64,000 nt of DNA from Candidatus Lustribacter sp. (GTDB taxonomy: Bacteria > Vulcanimicrobiota > Vulcanimicrobiia > Vulcanimicrobiales > Vulcanimicrobiaceae), in contig OZ255842.1 in the NCBI GenBank assembly GCA_965277805.1, positions 384,001 to 448,000 on the forward strand. Reading direction: 5' to 3'. The notes below the pieces were generated by a model. The model ran no database searches. It was given only the letters and a program-made list of their open reading frames with translations, and was not told the origin of the DNA. This document shows positions 1 to 8,914 of the stretch, in pieces (position 1 is the stretch's first letter; the number at the start of each line of letters is the position of its first letter). The position numbers and the translations under genes are program-made.

Positions 1-309
1 TTACCGTGGCGCACCTACGGCGATCTCGAACGACCCGCGTCTGGCGCGTTCTGGCAAACGCAGCAGCACATCTACCGCTCGCCGTTCTACTACATCGACT
101 ACACGCTCGCGCTTTGCTGCGCGCTGCAGATGTGGGCGTCATCCTACGACGATCCGGCCGGCACGCTCGAACGCTACGTCGCGCTCTGCGCGCGCGGTGG
201 CGAAGCAGCATTCCGCAACCTCGTCAGTGGCGCAGGCCTGACGAGCCCGTTCGAACCGGGCGCCCTCGCTCGCGTCGTTGCCCGCGCAAAAGACGTGCTT
301 GCTATTTAG
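1..309 (+). CDS. M3 family oligoendopeptidase, C-terminal fragment (runs off window start)
   Basis: Frame 1 reads LPWRTYGDL...FWQTQQHIYRSPFYYIDYTLALCCALQMW...KDVLAI* (TAG 307-309). H-x-Y-x2-PFYYIDY is typical of M3B peptidases. Not in the ORF track. Confidence 0.8.
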   Translation, partial: LPWRTYGDLERPASGAFWQTQQHIYRSPFYYIDYTLALCCALQMWASSYDDPAGTLERYVALCARGGEAAFRNLVSGAGLTSPFEPGALARVVARAKDVLAI

Positions 310-365
310 CATGGTCCGGGTATCGCCCGTCGGGCCAGCGAAGGTTTGTGTATCGGAGGTGCCCC

Positions 366-1562
366 GTGACGAAAGTTGACAGCCGAACCGTGCGCCAAGC
401 GCGCTTGACCTATGTCGACCGCGGGACGCCGATGGGCGAGTACCAGCGCCGCTTTTGGCAGCCGGTCGCGGCAACGATCGAGTTCGAGAAATGGCCCGTC
501 AAGAAAGTCCGTCTGCTGGGCGAAGACCTGGCATTGTTCCGGACGGAGAACGGCACGCTTGGGCTCGTCGGCGATCGGTGCCCGCACCGCGGCGCATCGC
601 TTTCGTGCGCGATGACCGACGGCGACGGTATCCGCTGCGCTTATCACGGCTGGCTCTATGACACGACCGGCGCCTGCGTAGACATGCCGACCGAACCCGC
701 GACGAGCCGGCTCAAGAATCGTGTCAAGGTCGACGGTTATCCGGTTGAAGAGATGGGCGGACTCGTGTGGGCATATCTCGGCCCGCAACCGGCGCCGCTC
801 TTACCGCGCTTCGAACATCTGGTTGCCGACGGCTGGAACCGCAGTACCGGCTTCACGTCGATCCCGTGCAACTGGCTGCAGATCGCCGAGAATACGCTCG
901 ACCCGTTGCACGTCGAACAGCTGCACATGAAGTACACGAATTGGGTGCGAGCGCGCGCGGGAGAAGCGCCGGTCAAGGTGCGGCATCATGCGAAAGTCGA
1001 CTACCAGCTCTTCGAGTACGGGATTCTCAAGAAGCGGCTCTGGGAGGGCGATCCTAAAGACTCCGACGAGTGGCAGGTCGGCCACCCGCTGATCTTTCCG
1101 GGCACGCTGCTCTTTCCATACAACGCCGACTACGTGCAATACCAGTTTCGCGTGCCGGTCGATAATGAGAACACGATCGTCTACTGGTATCACGCGAAGC
1201 GCCCGCCTGCCGGCGAAGCGCCGACCGGCACTGTGCCCGTCTGGGACAATCCGTTCGCGTCACCCGACGGCGAGTTTCTGCGCGGGAACATCAACGCGCA
1301 AGACATGATGGTGTGGATCACGCAAGGCCCCATCACCGATCATTCCCGCGAACATCTGGGCGAGAACGACCGTGGCGTTGCGCTGTATCGGAAAACACTC
1401 CTCGAGCAGGTGGCGTGCGTCGAACGCGGCGAGGATCCGCTGGGCGTCATTCGCGATCCGGCCAAAAACACGCCGTACGTTCGGATGCCGATCGAACGGC
1501 ACGTCGGCTACGACCTTAGCGCAGCGAATATGCGCAAGCACGCATTCAGCGAATCACGGTGA
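366..1562 (+). CDS. Rieske 2Fe-2S aromatic ring-hydroxylating oxygenase alpha subunit (phthalate dioxygenase/LigX-like)
   Basis: Rieske motif CPHRG...CAYHGW and mononuclear Fe motif ENTLDPLHVEQLH. GTG start at 366 follows a GGAGGT RBS. Confidence 0.88.
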   Translation: MTKVDSRTVRQARLTYVDRGTPMGEYQRRFWQPVAATIEFEKWPVKKVRLLGEDLALFRTENGTLGLVGDRCPHRGASLSCAMTDGDGIRCAYHGWLYDTTGACVDMPTEPATSRLKNRVKVDGYPVEEMGGLVWAYLGPQPAPLLPRFEHLVADGWNRSTGFTSIPCNWLQIAENTLDPLHVEQLHMKYTNWVRARAGEAPVKVRHHAKVDYQLFEYGILKKRLWEGDPKDSDEWQVGHPLIFPGTLLFPYNADYVQYQFRVPVDNENTIVYWYHAKRPPAGEAPTGTVPVWDNPFASPDGEFLRGNINAQDMMVWITQGPITDHSREHLGENDRGVALYRKTLLEQVACVERGEDPLGVIRDPAKNTPYVRMPIERHVGYDLSAANMRKHAFSESR

Positions 1563-2502
1563 CGATCTCGGCGGCTTTGATCGGCCGCTTGATTAGACCG
1601 TAGGTTGCTGCAACGTCGAGCAAGGGCTGGATGTCGCGCAGGTCGAGCGATGTCGCGTAAGCGGTTCGGGTCATCGCCCGCGCGGTCGCGTCATCGAGTT
1701 TCGCGTATTTTGCGATGATCGGTCCGGATTCGTTGTGGTGGGTGTTCGCCCAGCGGGCAATGGTGTACGCGACGTCGACGAGCCGCCGGGCGGTATCGGG
1801 ATTAGCGCTGAGAAAATCGGGCGATGCGATCCAGCCGGTCTGGTAGAACGCCGGCGCGATCGCATCGAACACGTTCCCGACGGCAAGCTCGCCCGCGAGT
1901 TTTGCCGCGGTAAAGAAGGGCTCCGCGATTACTGCGCCGTCGATCGTCCCGCGTTCGAGTGAGATCGCCATTTGGGCGAACGGGATCTCGACGATCTTGA
2001 TGTTGGCGATGCTCACGCCCGAACGCGTGAGCCAGGCGCGCGTCGCCGCGTCACTGAGGCCATGCAGCGTCGAGACGGCGATCGTCTTCCCGGCAAAGTC
2101 GCGCGGCGCGCGCAGCGGCGACGCCTTTGCCACGCAGAGCATTGCCGTGGGCGTTGCGGTGGCGAAGAGCGAACCGGCAGCGAACATCGTGATCGGGACA
2201 CCCTCTTCGACCGCCGCGCCGGTTCCGACGACGTCGTAGATGCCCACGTCTACTGCGTGGGCGGCAACGGCTGTGCCCACGGCGCCGGAGTTCGTAAAGA
2301 CCGACAGTTCGACGTTCAAGCCGGCTCGTCTGAACAGTCCCGCCTCTTGCCCGTAGAACGGCTCGCCGAAGATATCGCTCGAAATCGTTGCGATTCGCAC
2401 GGTCGGCGCCGGCGTCTGCGCGGTGGCCGGCCGCGTCATCGCACCTAGCGCGAGCATCCCAACGGTTGCCTTGATGCCGGCGCGGCGAGAGATGTTGTTC
2501 AT
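1546..2502 (-). CDS. ABC transporter substrate-binding protein, SsuA/NMT1 type
   Basis: N-terminal SRR signal, then DFAGKTIAV and ERGTIDGAVIAEPF motifs. Confidence 0.85.
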   Translation of the reverse strand: MNNISRRAGIKATVGMLALGAMTRPATAQTPAPTVRIATISSDIFGEPFYGQEAGLFRRAGLNVELSVFTNSGAVGTAVAAHAVDVGIYDVVGTGAAVEEGVPITMFAAGSLFATATPTAMLCVAKASPLRAPRDFAGKTIAVSTLHGLSDAATRAWLTRSGVSIANIKIVEIPFAQMAISLERGTIDGAVIAEPFFTAAKLAGELAVGNVFDAIAPAFYQTGWIASPDFLSANPDTARRLVDVAYTIARWANTHHNESGPIIAKYAKLDDATARAMTRTAYATSLDLRDIQPLLDVAATYGLIKRPIKAAEIVTVIR

Positions 2503-2540
2503 GGTCTCATCACGCTCCGTTAAAACGTTACGAGTAAAAC

Positions 2541-2557
2541 GCTCAGGGTTTTCTCAG
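2541..2557 (+). promoter_or_regulatory. Candidate OmpR/MprA-type tandem hexamer box
   Basis: GCTCAG-N5-TCTCAG upstream of the YceI-family gene. Confidence 0.4.
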
Positions 2558-2593
2558 AGAAGGGCCGGCCAAAAATCCGAGAAACCTCGACGC

Positions 2594-3163
2594 ATGATTC
2601 GTTTGACGCTCACTGTCGCGGCCTTGCTTCTGTCGCTAAGCGTGCCAGTGTCGGCAGCTGATTTCGTGCTCGACAAGCCGCATACGCAGGCAGAATTCGT
2701 CGCCGTTCACTTGGCGGTAAGCCAGGTTCACGGTCAAATTCCGCTGGTATCGGGCACGGCGACGATCGGTCCGAACGATCTGCCGACAGCCCTCAACGCG
2801 ACGTTCGACGTCACGGCGGTCGCAACGAACGATGCTAACCGCGACAAATCGCTGCGCGACAGCTACTTCGAAGCGACGAAGTATCCGACGATCACATTCG
2901 TCGAAACGCAAGCCAAAGGAACGCCGGCGGCTTTCACGCTGACCGGCAATTTGACGATCCACGGCGTCACGAAGCCGGTCACGCTGAAATCTTCGATGGT
3001 CGGCAGTGCCGTAATCAAGGGGAAGAAGCAGATCGGCTACACCGGCACGACGACGATCGACCGCCGCGATTTCGGCATGACCTTCGGCCCGCTGCTCGAC
3101 GGCTCGCTGATCGTCGGCTACCCGGTCACGATCAACATCGAAACCGACGCGATCGAAGAGTAG
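2594..3163 (+). CDS. YceI family periplasmic protein
   Basis: Signal peptide, then TNDANRDKSLR, YPTITF, GNLTIHGVTKPV and IDRRDFGM motifs. Confidence 0.9.
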   Translation: MIRLTLTVAALLLSLSVPVSAADFVLDKPHTQAEFVAVHLAVSQVHGQIPLVSGTATIGPNDLPTALNATFDVTAVATNDANRDKSLRDSYFEATKYPTITFVETQAKGTPAAFTLTGNLTIHGVTKPVTLKSSMVGSAVIKGKKQIGYTGTTTIDRRDFGMTFGPLLDGSLIVGYPVTINIETDAIEE

Positions 3164-3166
3164 AGT

Positions 3167-3673
3167 TCACGGCGGGGAGAGATTCTGTAAGTCCACCGCG
3201 CTCACGTTGCGGATCCAGCGTGCTTGGCGCTTCTCAAAGGGAACGATCAGGCGATAGGGACCGGCGTCCTTGAACGGTGCGCCATCGACTTGATCCGCGA
3301 TCACCGCCACGTGATCGGTGTACGACGGATCGAGTTCGGCCAGCGTGAAGAGCACGTGGTAGCCGTCGGATGCGCTGATCAGGATGTAGCTGAGCATCGC
3401 GAGCGCGCGCACGTTCTCGCCGGTCGGCGCGCCTTGCTTAACCAACAGATCGTGAAGCGAGACGCCCGTGTACTTGTTCGTGTGGCCGGCTTCGTCGGTG
3501 GCGGGAATCGTGATGCGCGGTAAACCGGCCAACGTCGTCGCGTTGATGAGCACGTGGAACGGCGCGGGGGACGGGGCCGGAGTCCGCTTTGGCGGCGCAG
3601 ATGTCTGCGCCGCGGCGGCGGACCAACTCGCGAACGCGAGTGCGAGGGCGAGGACCGCGGCCTTGCGTGTCAC
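3167..3673 (-). CDS. Exported molybdopterin-oxidoreductase-domain-like protein
   Basis: Signal peptide; YTGVSLHDLL, ASDGYHVLFTLAELD and GPYRLIVP..ARWIRNV motifs. Coupled to modA. Confidence 0.7.
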   Translation of the reverse strand: MTRKAAVLALALAFASWSAAAAQTSAPPKRTPAPSPAPFHVLINATTLAGLPRITIPATDEAGHTNKYTGVSLHDLLVKQGAPTGENVRALAMLSYILISASDGYHVLFTLAELDPSYTDHVAVIADQVDGAPFKDAGPYRLIVPFEKRQARWIRNVSAVDLQNLSPP

Positions 3674-4464
3674 GAGGGTGAGATGAAGCCCTGCGCTTTG
3701 AGAAATGCTTGCCCGTCGGGCGAGAGGATGTAGTCGACGAACGCTTGCGCGCCCTTAGCATCCGGTGCGTTTTTCAGCGTCGCGATCGGGTACTCGATGT
3801 CGGGTGCAAACGACGACGGGAACGGCAGCACGTTGAGCTTCGGCGCGACGGATGACGTCACGTCGGTGCTGTACACGACGCCGGCATCGCCCTCGCCGAG
3901 CGCGATCTTCGTGACGACCGCTTTCACGTCGAGTTCGTTCGAGACGACGTTCTTCTCAACCGAGGCCGGGAAGTCGGCCGGATATCCCGGCGTGTTGCTC
4001 ATCTTGCCGAACGTCGCGCGCGCGTAGCCGCCGACCGGAACGGTTGCCGCAGCCAGCACGACCTTGGTGCCCGGTTTCGCTAAATCGGCCGGGCTCGTAA
4101 ACTTCATCGAACCGCTTTTGGGCGAAATCAGCACGAGGCGGTTCTTGGCGAACGTCTTTTGCGCGCCGCCGAGGAGGCCCGCGTCGCTGACGACTTTCAT
4201 TTGCGCGAGGTTCGCGGACGCGAATAAGTCGGCCGGTGCGCCTTGTTTGATCTGCGTCGCCAGCGTGTCCGAACCGCCGAAGTTGAACGTCACCGCGATA
4301 CCGGTTTTCTTGGTGAAGGCGGAGCCCGCGGCGTTGTAGGCTTCGGTCAACGATGCCGCGGCGAACACGATGATTTTCTCTTGGCTCTGCGCCTGTGCAG
4401 ATGATGAGAGGGCTGCGCCCGACAAAATCGCGGCGAGCGCGAGGCAAAATAGCGAACGTATCAT
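3670..4464 (-). CDS. modA: Molybdate ABC transporter substrate-binding protein
   Basis: FAAASL, FGGSDTL, APADLFASAN, VPVGGYA and GEGDAGVVYSTD motifs. Confidence 0.92.
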   Translation of the reverse strand: MIRSLFCLALAAILSGAALSSSAQAQSQEKIIVFAAASLTEAYNAAGSAFTKKTGIAVTFNFGGSDTLATQIKQGAPADLFASANLAQMKVVSDAGLLGGAQKTFAKNRLVLISPKSGSMKFTSPADLAKPGTKVVLAAATVPVGGYARATFGKMSNTPGYPADFPASVEKNVVSNELDVKAVVTKIALGEGDAGVVYSTDVTSSVAPKLNVLPFPSSFAPDIEYPIATLKNAPDAKGAQAFVDYILSPDGQAFLKAQGFISPS

Positions 4465-4488
4465 GCCCAGCCATTCCGGGAGGCATTG

Positions 4489-4512
4489 CGCTATATCCTA
4501 CTAAACCGAACG
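4489..4512. promoter_or_regulatory. Weak ModE box between modA and modE
   Basis: CGCTATAT-N8-ACCGAACG. The left half matches the ModE consensus and the right half is degenerate. Confidence 0.45.
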
Positions 4513-4570
4513 GTTCAAGGGGACACAACGCCGGGGGCCGGTCGGGCCTCCTGGCGTATCTAGGCGGGCG

Positions 4571-4942
4571 ATGGCACGCATATCGTTGCGTCTGGGTTTT
4601 GCCGGCGATCACGCGCTCGGGCCCGGCAAGATCCGGCTTCTGGAACTCATCGGTGAGACCGGTTCAATTTCGGCGGCCGGCCGCGCAATGAAGATGTCGT
4701 ACCGCCGGGCCTGGATGCTGGTGGACGAGCTCAACCACATGTTCCGCGAGGTGCTGGTGGAGGCGCGACCGGGCGGTGCCCGCGGGGGCGGTGCACGCCT
4801 GACCGAAATCGGCACCGATGTCGTGCGGCGCTACCGCGCGATCGAGTCGAACATCGAGAGCGACTCGAACGCGAACATCGCCGCGCTCGAGCAGCTGATC
4901 ACGACGAAACCGCGCGTCAAGCCGGACGCTAAAGGGAACTGA
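4571..4942 (+). CDS. modE: ModE-family winged-helix regulator (DNA-binding domain only)
   Basis: LGPGKIRLLELIGETGSISAAGRAMKMSYRRAW...GGGARLT; no Mop domains. Confidence 0.9.
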   Translation: MARISLRLGFAGDHALGPGKIRLLELIGETGSISAAGRAMKMSYRRAWMLVDELNHMFREVLVEARPGGARGGGARLTEIGTDVVRRYRAIESNIESDSNANIAALEQLITTKPRVKPDAKGN

Positions 4943-5759
4943 AACCGTACCGCTGCAGAATCGACTGCCCGGCCGGTGAGAGAATGAACGCGCGCAACGT
5001 TGCGGCCGCCGGCGGAGCGCCGGTGCGCACGGTGAGCCCGTAATTCGCGCTGACCGCGAGATCGGCGGGCATGTCGAGCGAACGCAACGCGCCCGCGCTC
5101 TGGGCGATCGTGGCGACGAATCCCGAACAGTACGCGAGAAACGCATCGCCGCGGTTTACCGTCAGCAGCAGATAGACGCCGATGTCTGCGCCGGCCGGAA
5201 TCCTTACCGCGTCGGTGCCGCCGATCAAGCGTAGCGCTTTCGCATCGAGCACGGCCAAACTGCCCGGCCGTTGCGCGTCGACCTTGCCGAAGATCGTTTC
5301 GGCGTAGTCGCCGGCCGGATCGGCTTTCGGCGTCGAGGTGATGAGCCGCACCGCCGGATCGAGCATGATCGCGGCCGGGGCGCGTGTTCCGGCCACAGCC
5401 GTTTTCACGGCCAGACACATCCGGTTGCGCGTGAACACCGTCACCGGACCGCCTTTGCCTTCACGCGCCAACCGTTCCGGACTCGATGTGTCGGCGGATG
5501 CAAACACATCGGCGACTTCGCCGTTCTCGATGCGTTGCCGCAGCAAGCCCGACGAGCCGTACGTTTGATCAACCACGATCCCCGTTGACGCGGTGAACGC
5601 TTTCGCGATGTCGGCCATCGCCTCGTGCAAACTGCCGGCCGCATAGAGCGAGACGTGCTGCGGAGTCTGCGCCGCCGCCGGTGCCATCGCACCGATCACA
5701 AAGGCAAGTACCACTGTCACCGCCGGGAGGCGGTCATGACGTCGAGCAGGGTTGCGCAT
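4929..5759 (-). CDS. Second ModA-like oxyanion-binding protein
   Basis: YAAGSL, YGSSGLLR, ADVFASAD and DPAGDYA motifs; signal peptide. Start is uncertain. Confidence 0.8.
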   Translation of the reverse strand: MRNPARRHDRLPAVTVVLAFVIGAMAPAAAQTPQHVSLYAAGSLHEAMADIAKAFTASTGIVVDQTYGSSGLLRQRIENGEVADVFASADTSSPERLAREGKGGPVTVFTRNRMCLAVKTAVAGTRAPAAIMLDPAVRLITSTPKADPAGDYAETIFGKVDAQRPGSLAVLDAKALRLIGGTDAVRIPAGADIGVYLLLTVNRGDAFLAYCSGFVATIAQSAGALRSLDMPADLAVSANYGLTVRTGAPPAAATLRAFILSPAGQSILQRYGFSSL

Positions 5760-5789
5760 CCGGTGGGTGGGCCTCGCAGTTCGGCAGAT

Positions 5790-5813
5790 CGTTATGTTTA
5801 ATTAGATATAACG
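5790..5813. promoter_or_regulatory. ModE box
   Basis: CGTTAT-N12-ATAACG inverted repeat in an AT-rich island upstream of the second modA. Confidence 0.75.
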
Positions 5814-5851
5814 TGGCGACTGCGCCGGCTCCTCCGCGCCGGCAGGTTGTA

Positions 5852-5894
5852 TTGACATCGAACGATACAGCCGCTAATATCGAAAAATGTCGAT
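5852..5894 (+). promoter_or_regulatory. Sigma70 promoter of the ars operon with overlapping ArsR operator
   Basis: TTGACA(5852)-17 bp-TAATAT(5875). An ATCGA-N6-TCGAT palindrome at 5879-5894 covers the start codon. Confidence 0.75.
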
Positions 5895-6219
5895 GCAGAG
5901 ATGTTGCCCTCCGGCTCAAATAGAGACGACGGATCGCAGCGAGCAAGCCGTGCTCTTCAAGGCCTTGGGCGATCCGCACCGGCTCACGATGCTCGCCACC
6001 CTCGCGCGCGCCGACGATGAGGTTTGCGTTTGCGACTTCACGTCGGCGTTGCCGCTCAATCAGCCGACCGTTTCGCACCATTTAAAGATTCTCCGAGATG
6101 CGGAGCTTGTGACGTGGGAGCGTCGCGGGACCTGGGTCTACTACCGGCTCGCGCCCCGTACACAAGATCGCCTCGCGGCGGCGTTGACCTCGTTGATTCC
6201 GGAACCGGCGCTCGCATGA
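5887..6219 (+). CDS. arsR: ArsR/SmtB arsenic-responsive repressor
   Basis: FKALGDPHRL, EVCVCD, QPTVSHHLKIL and RRGTWVYY motifs; N-terminal CC. Confidence 0.92.
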   Translation: MSMQRCCPPAQIETTDRSEQAVLFKALGDPHRLTMLATLARADDEVCVCDFTSALPLNQPTVSHHLKILRDAELVTWERRGTWVYYRLAPRTQDRLAAALTSLIPEPALA

Positions 6220-6235
6220 ACCTGCATCCGAAGTG

Positions 6236-6916
6236 ATGCGGAGCGCGGCCGTTGCGGAATTCGTCGGCACGGCCTTTCTGTTGCTCGCGGTTGCCGGTTC
6301 GGGCATCATGGCACAGCGAATCTGCGGCGGAAATACCGGTCTTGCACTGCTCGCGAATGCGCTCGCGACGGGCGGCGCACTTATCGCGCTCATCCTCGCA
6401 TTCGGATCCGTTTCCGGTGCCCACTTCAACCCGGTCGTCACGCTCGCATCGGCCGTCCGCGAAAAGACGTGGGGCAGAGTGGGGCCGTACATCTGCGCCC
6501 AGCTGCTCGGTGGGTTCGCCGGCGTCGCGCTGGCAAACGTGATGTTCGGCCTGCCCGTGTTCACCCCGTCGCATCACGAGCGCAGCGGCGCTGCGATGAT
6601 CGCTTCCGAATTCGTCGCGACTTTCGGGCTGCTCGCCGTCATTTGGGGATGCGCTCGTTCGCGACCCGCTGCTGCGCCGTACGCGGTCGCGGCGTACATC
6701 GTGGGCGCCTATTGGTTCACGCCCTCGACATCATTTGCGAATCCGGCCGTCACGGCCGCGCGCTCCCTCACCGACACGTTCTCCGGAATCCGTCCGCTCG
6801 ACGTGCCGGCGTTTGTCGTAGTGCAAATCCTGGCAGGCCTCGCCGCGACGCTGCTCTTCGCGTGGTTCGAACGTTCCGCCGCGGAGAACCTCGCCGTTGC
6901 CTCCGAAGCGGCATGA
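6236..6916 (+). CDS. MIP family aquaglyceroporin (AqpS-like arsenite channel)
   Basis: SGAHFNPV and SFANPAVT motifs, hydrophobic helices, ars operon context. Confidence 0.88.
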   Translation: MRSAAVAEFVGTAFLLLAVAGSGIMAQRICGGNTGLALLANALATGGALIALILAFGSVSGAHFNPVVTLASAVREKTWGRVGPYICAQLLGGFAGVALANVMFGLPVFTPSHHERSGAAMIASEFVATFGLLAVIWGCARSRPAAAPYAVAAYIVGAYWFTPSTSFANPAVTAARSLTDTFSGIRPLDVPAFVVVQILAGLAATLLFAWFERSAAENLAVASEAA

Positions 6917-7323
6917 AGGAAGCAGTGAAGGCATCAGTCCTGTTCGTTTGCCGGCATAACACCGGCCGCTCGCAAATGGCCGAAGCCTACTTGCGGTATT
7001 TCGCCGCCGACACCGTCGACGTCGCCTCAGCGGGCACGATCGCGGCGGATGTGCCCGATCCCGGCGTCGTTGCCGTCATGGCGGAAGACGGGATCGACAT
7101 CAGCGCGGCTCGCCCGAAATTACTCGATCCGATACGCGCGCAGCGGGCGGATCGAATCATTACGATGGGATGCGATGTCGAGGGCTTGCAGCGCATTGAC
7201 GCCGATTGGGGACTGCCCGATCCAAAGGGTCAGCCGCCGGAGCGAGTTCGTGAAATTCGCGACGAGGTCAAGGCCAAGGCGAAAGCGCTGGCGGAAGAGA
7301 TCGCTCTCACGATCGTTACGTAA
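6913..7323 (+). CDS. arsC: Arsenate reductase, LMW-PTP fold
   Basis: FVCRHNTGRSQMAE (CX5R), ITMGC and DWGLPDP motifs. ATGA overlap with the aquaporin stop. Confidence 0.88.
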   Translation: MKEAVKASVLFVCRHNTGRSQMAEAYLRYFAADTVDVASAGTIAADVPDPGVVAVMAEDGIDISAARPKLLDPIRAQRADRIITMGCDVEGLQRIDADWGLPDPKGQPPERVREIRDEVKAKAKALAEEIALTIVT

Positions 7324-7332
7324 GGAGCTTAC

Positions 7333-7669
7333 GTGAACCCGGGAATGACCGCTCTGCTCCTACTTGCCGCCGCGATTCTCGAGGTTGGCGGCGACGCGAT
7401 CGTACGGTTCGGCCTTCGCGCGCCGGGCCTCGGCAGCAAGGTTCTGCTGTTTGTAGGCGGGGCGGTCGTGCTCTTCGCCTACGGCATTTTCGTCAACACC
7501 GCACCGGCTTGATTTCGGGCGGCTGCTCGGCATCTACGTCGTCCTGTTCTTCATCGTTGCCCAGATCGTGAATCGCCTCGCATTCGGGATCGTCCCGAGC
7601 ATGCCGATCATCGTCGGCGGCGCGTTCATCGTGATCGGCGGCTCGATCATGACGCTCTGGAAGGTTTAG
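7333..7669 (+). pseudogene. SMR/YnfA-like small membrane protein, frameshifted
   Basis: AAGGAG RBS and GTG at 7333. AAILEVGGDA...VNTAPA* stops at 7512, and the next frame continues LDFGRLLGIYVVLFF...TLWKV* (7669). There is one extra G at about 7506. Confidence 0.75.
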
Positions 7670-7677
7670 CTTTGGCT

Positions 7678-8136
7678 TTAATCCGTTAGCTTGAGCGTCA
7701 TCTCGTCGGCGGCTTCGAATCCAAGGGCGGCATAGAGCGGGCGCGCCGGATCCGACGGATGCAGCGAAAGCGAGATCAAGTTCGACTCGCGCGCAAAGGC
7801 GAGGATCCGTTCCATGATCGCGCGGGCCACGCCGCTGTGGCGCTCCGCCGGCTCGACGTAGACCGACTGCACCCGCCCGGCCCGGTCGGAACGCAAGCCG
7901 GGCCGCGGGATGCTCAGGTGCACGAGCACCGCGCCGCTGCCGGCGATACGGGCCTCCCGTTCGGCGATGAATGCAACGTACGTACCGGCTGCGACGGCGG
8001 CCCGAAAGAATTCCGTCCAAACGGGAATCTGCGGGCCGACGTCTTCGAGGCTCCAGTCCCCGACTTCATGCCAGACGGCGGCGCGATGAGTTGCGAGCAA
8101 CTCCGCGTCAGCCGGTTCGGCCGGCCGGATCCTCAC
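7678..8136 (-). CDS. GNAT family N-acetyltransferase
   Basis: VYVEPAERHSGVAR and LYAALGF motifs. GTGA overlap with the aldolase stop. Confidence 0.85.
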   Translation of the reverse strand: MRIRPAEPADAELLATHRAAVWHEVGDWSLEDVGPQIPVWTEFFRAAVAAGTYVAFIAEREARIAGSGAVLVHLSIPRPGLRSDRAGRVQSVYVEPAERHSGVARAIMERILAFARESNLISLSLHPSDPARPLYAALGFEAADEMTLKLTD

Positions 8137-8846
8137 TCGTCCAGCAGGCTGACGTAATAGCGCCAGCGGCCTTCCATGCCGAAACCGTCGGCGGCCTGGG
8201 CCTGCAGATCGTCGTTGCTCATCCCGCGCGGCGTGCCGATCATCGATGCTTGCCAGGTGAGCTTCGCCTGATGTTCGAGCCAGATCGCGTTGACCACGAC
8301 TTCTTGCACGGTTTGCCCGGCGATGGTGACGCCGTGGTTCTGCAAGTGAACGATCTCTTTCTCGCCGAGCACTTTCGCGACTTCGGCGCCTTGTTCGGTC
8401 GTCGTGACCTTGCGCGCCGAGCGGTAGATCGGAATCGCGCCTTGCTTGACGACTTGCGCCATCACGCCTTGCATCGGTAAGATCGGCCGTTCGAGATCGC
8501 CGAAGATCGTCGCCAGCGGCTGATGCGTGTGCACGACCGCTTGCACGTCGGGCCGCGCACGATAGATTTCGGTGTGCAGTTTCGTTTCGTCGGGCACCGG
8601 ATAGTCGCCGCCGATCTTGACCGCATCGATGTTCACGAGCGAGACCTGTTTGTAGGTCATGTGCAGCTGGTTGCCCTGTTCGGATCCGCGGGCACGGATC
8701 AGCACGTTGTCGGTGCCGGGCACGCGCGCGCTCACGTGGCCGAGATAATCGACGAGCTCGAGCTTCGCCAAAATGCGGCAGCCGAGGGCGATCAGTTCGC
8801 GCAGCGCGCGGATGTCGGGTGATTCGAGGTCGATGGGCGCGGTCAT
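8133..8846 (-). CDS. Class II aldolase/adducin family protein
   Basis: GHVSAR, ETKLHTEIY, VVHTH and NHG motifs. Confidence 0.9.
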   Translation of the reverse strand: MTAPIDLESPDIRALRELIALGCRILAKLELVDYLGHVSARVPGTDNVLIRARGSEQGNQLHMTYKQVSLVNIDAVKIGGDYPVPDETKLHTEIYRARPDVQAVVHTHQPLATIFGDLERPILPMQGVMAQVVKQGAIPIYRSARKVTTTEQGAEVAKVLGEKEIVHLQNHGVTIAGQTVQEVVVNAIWLEHQAKLTWQASMIGTPRGMSNDDLQAQAADGFGMEGRWRYYVSLLDE

Positions 8847-8914
8847 GAGTCCTCCAGCGGGATCGTCGTTGCTTTGCAGTGATGCTCACTGCCCGGCAAG
8901 AAAACTCCTGGCCT

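Noticed and set aside
6-365. N-terminal extension of the 518-aa Rieske ORF
   Set aside because: It is an Arg-rich off-frame read of the M3 peptidase tail. The RBS supports GTG 366.
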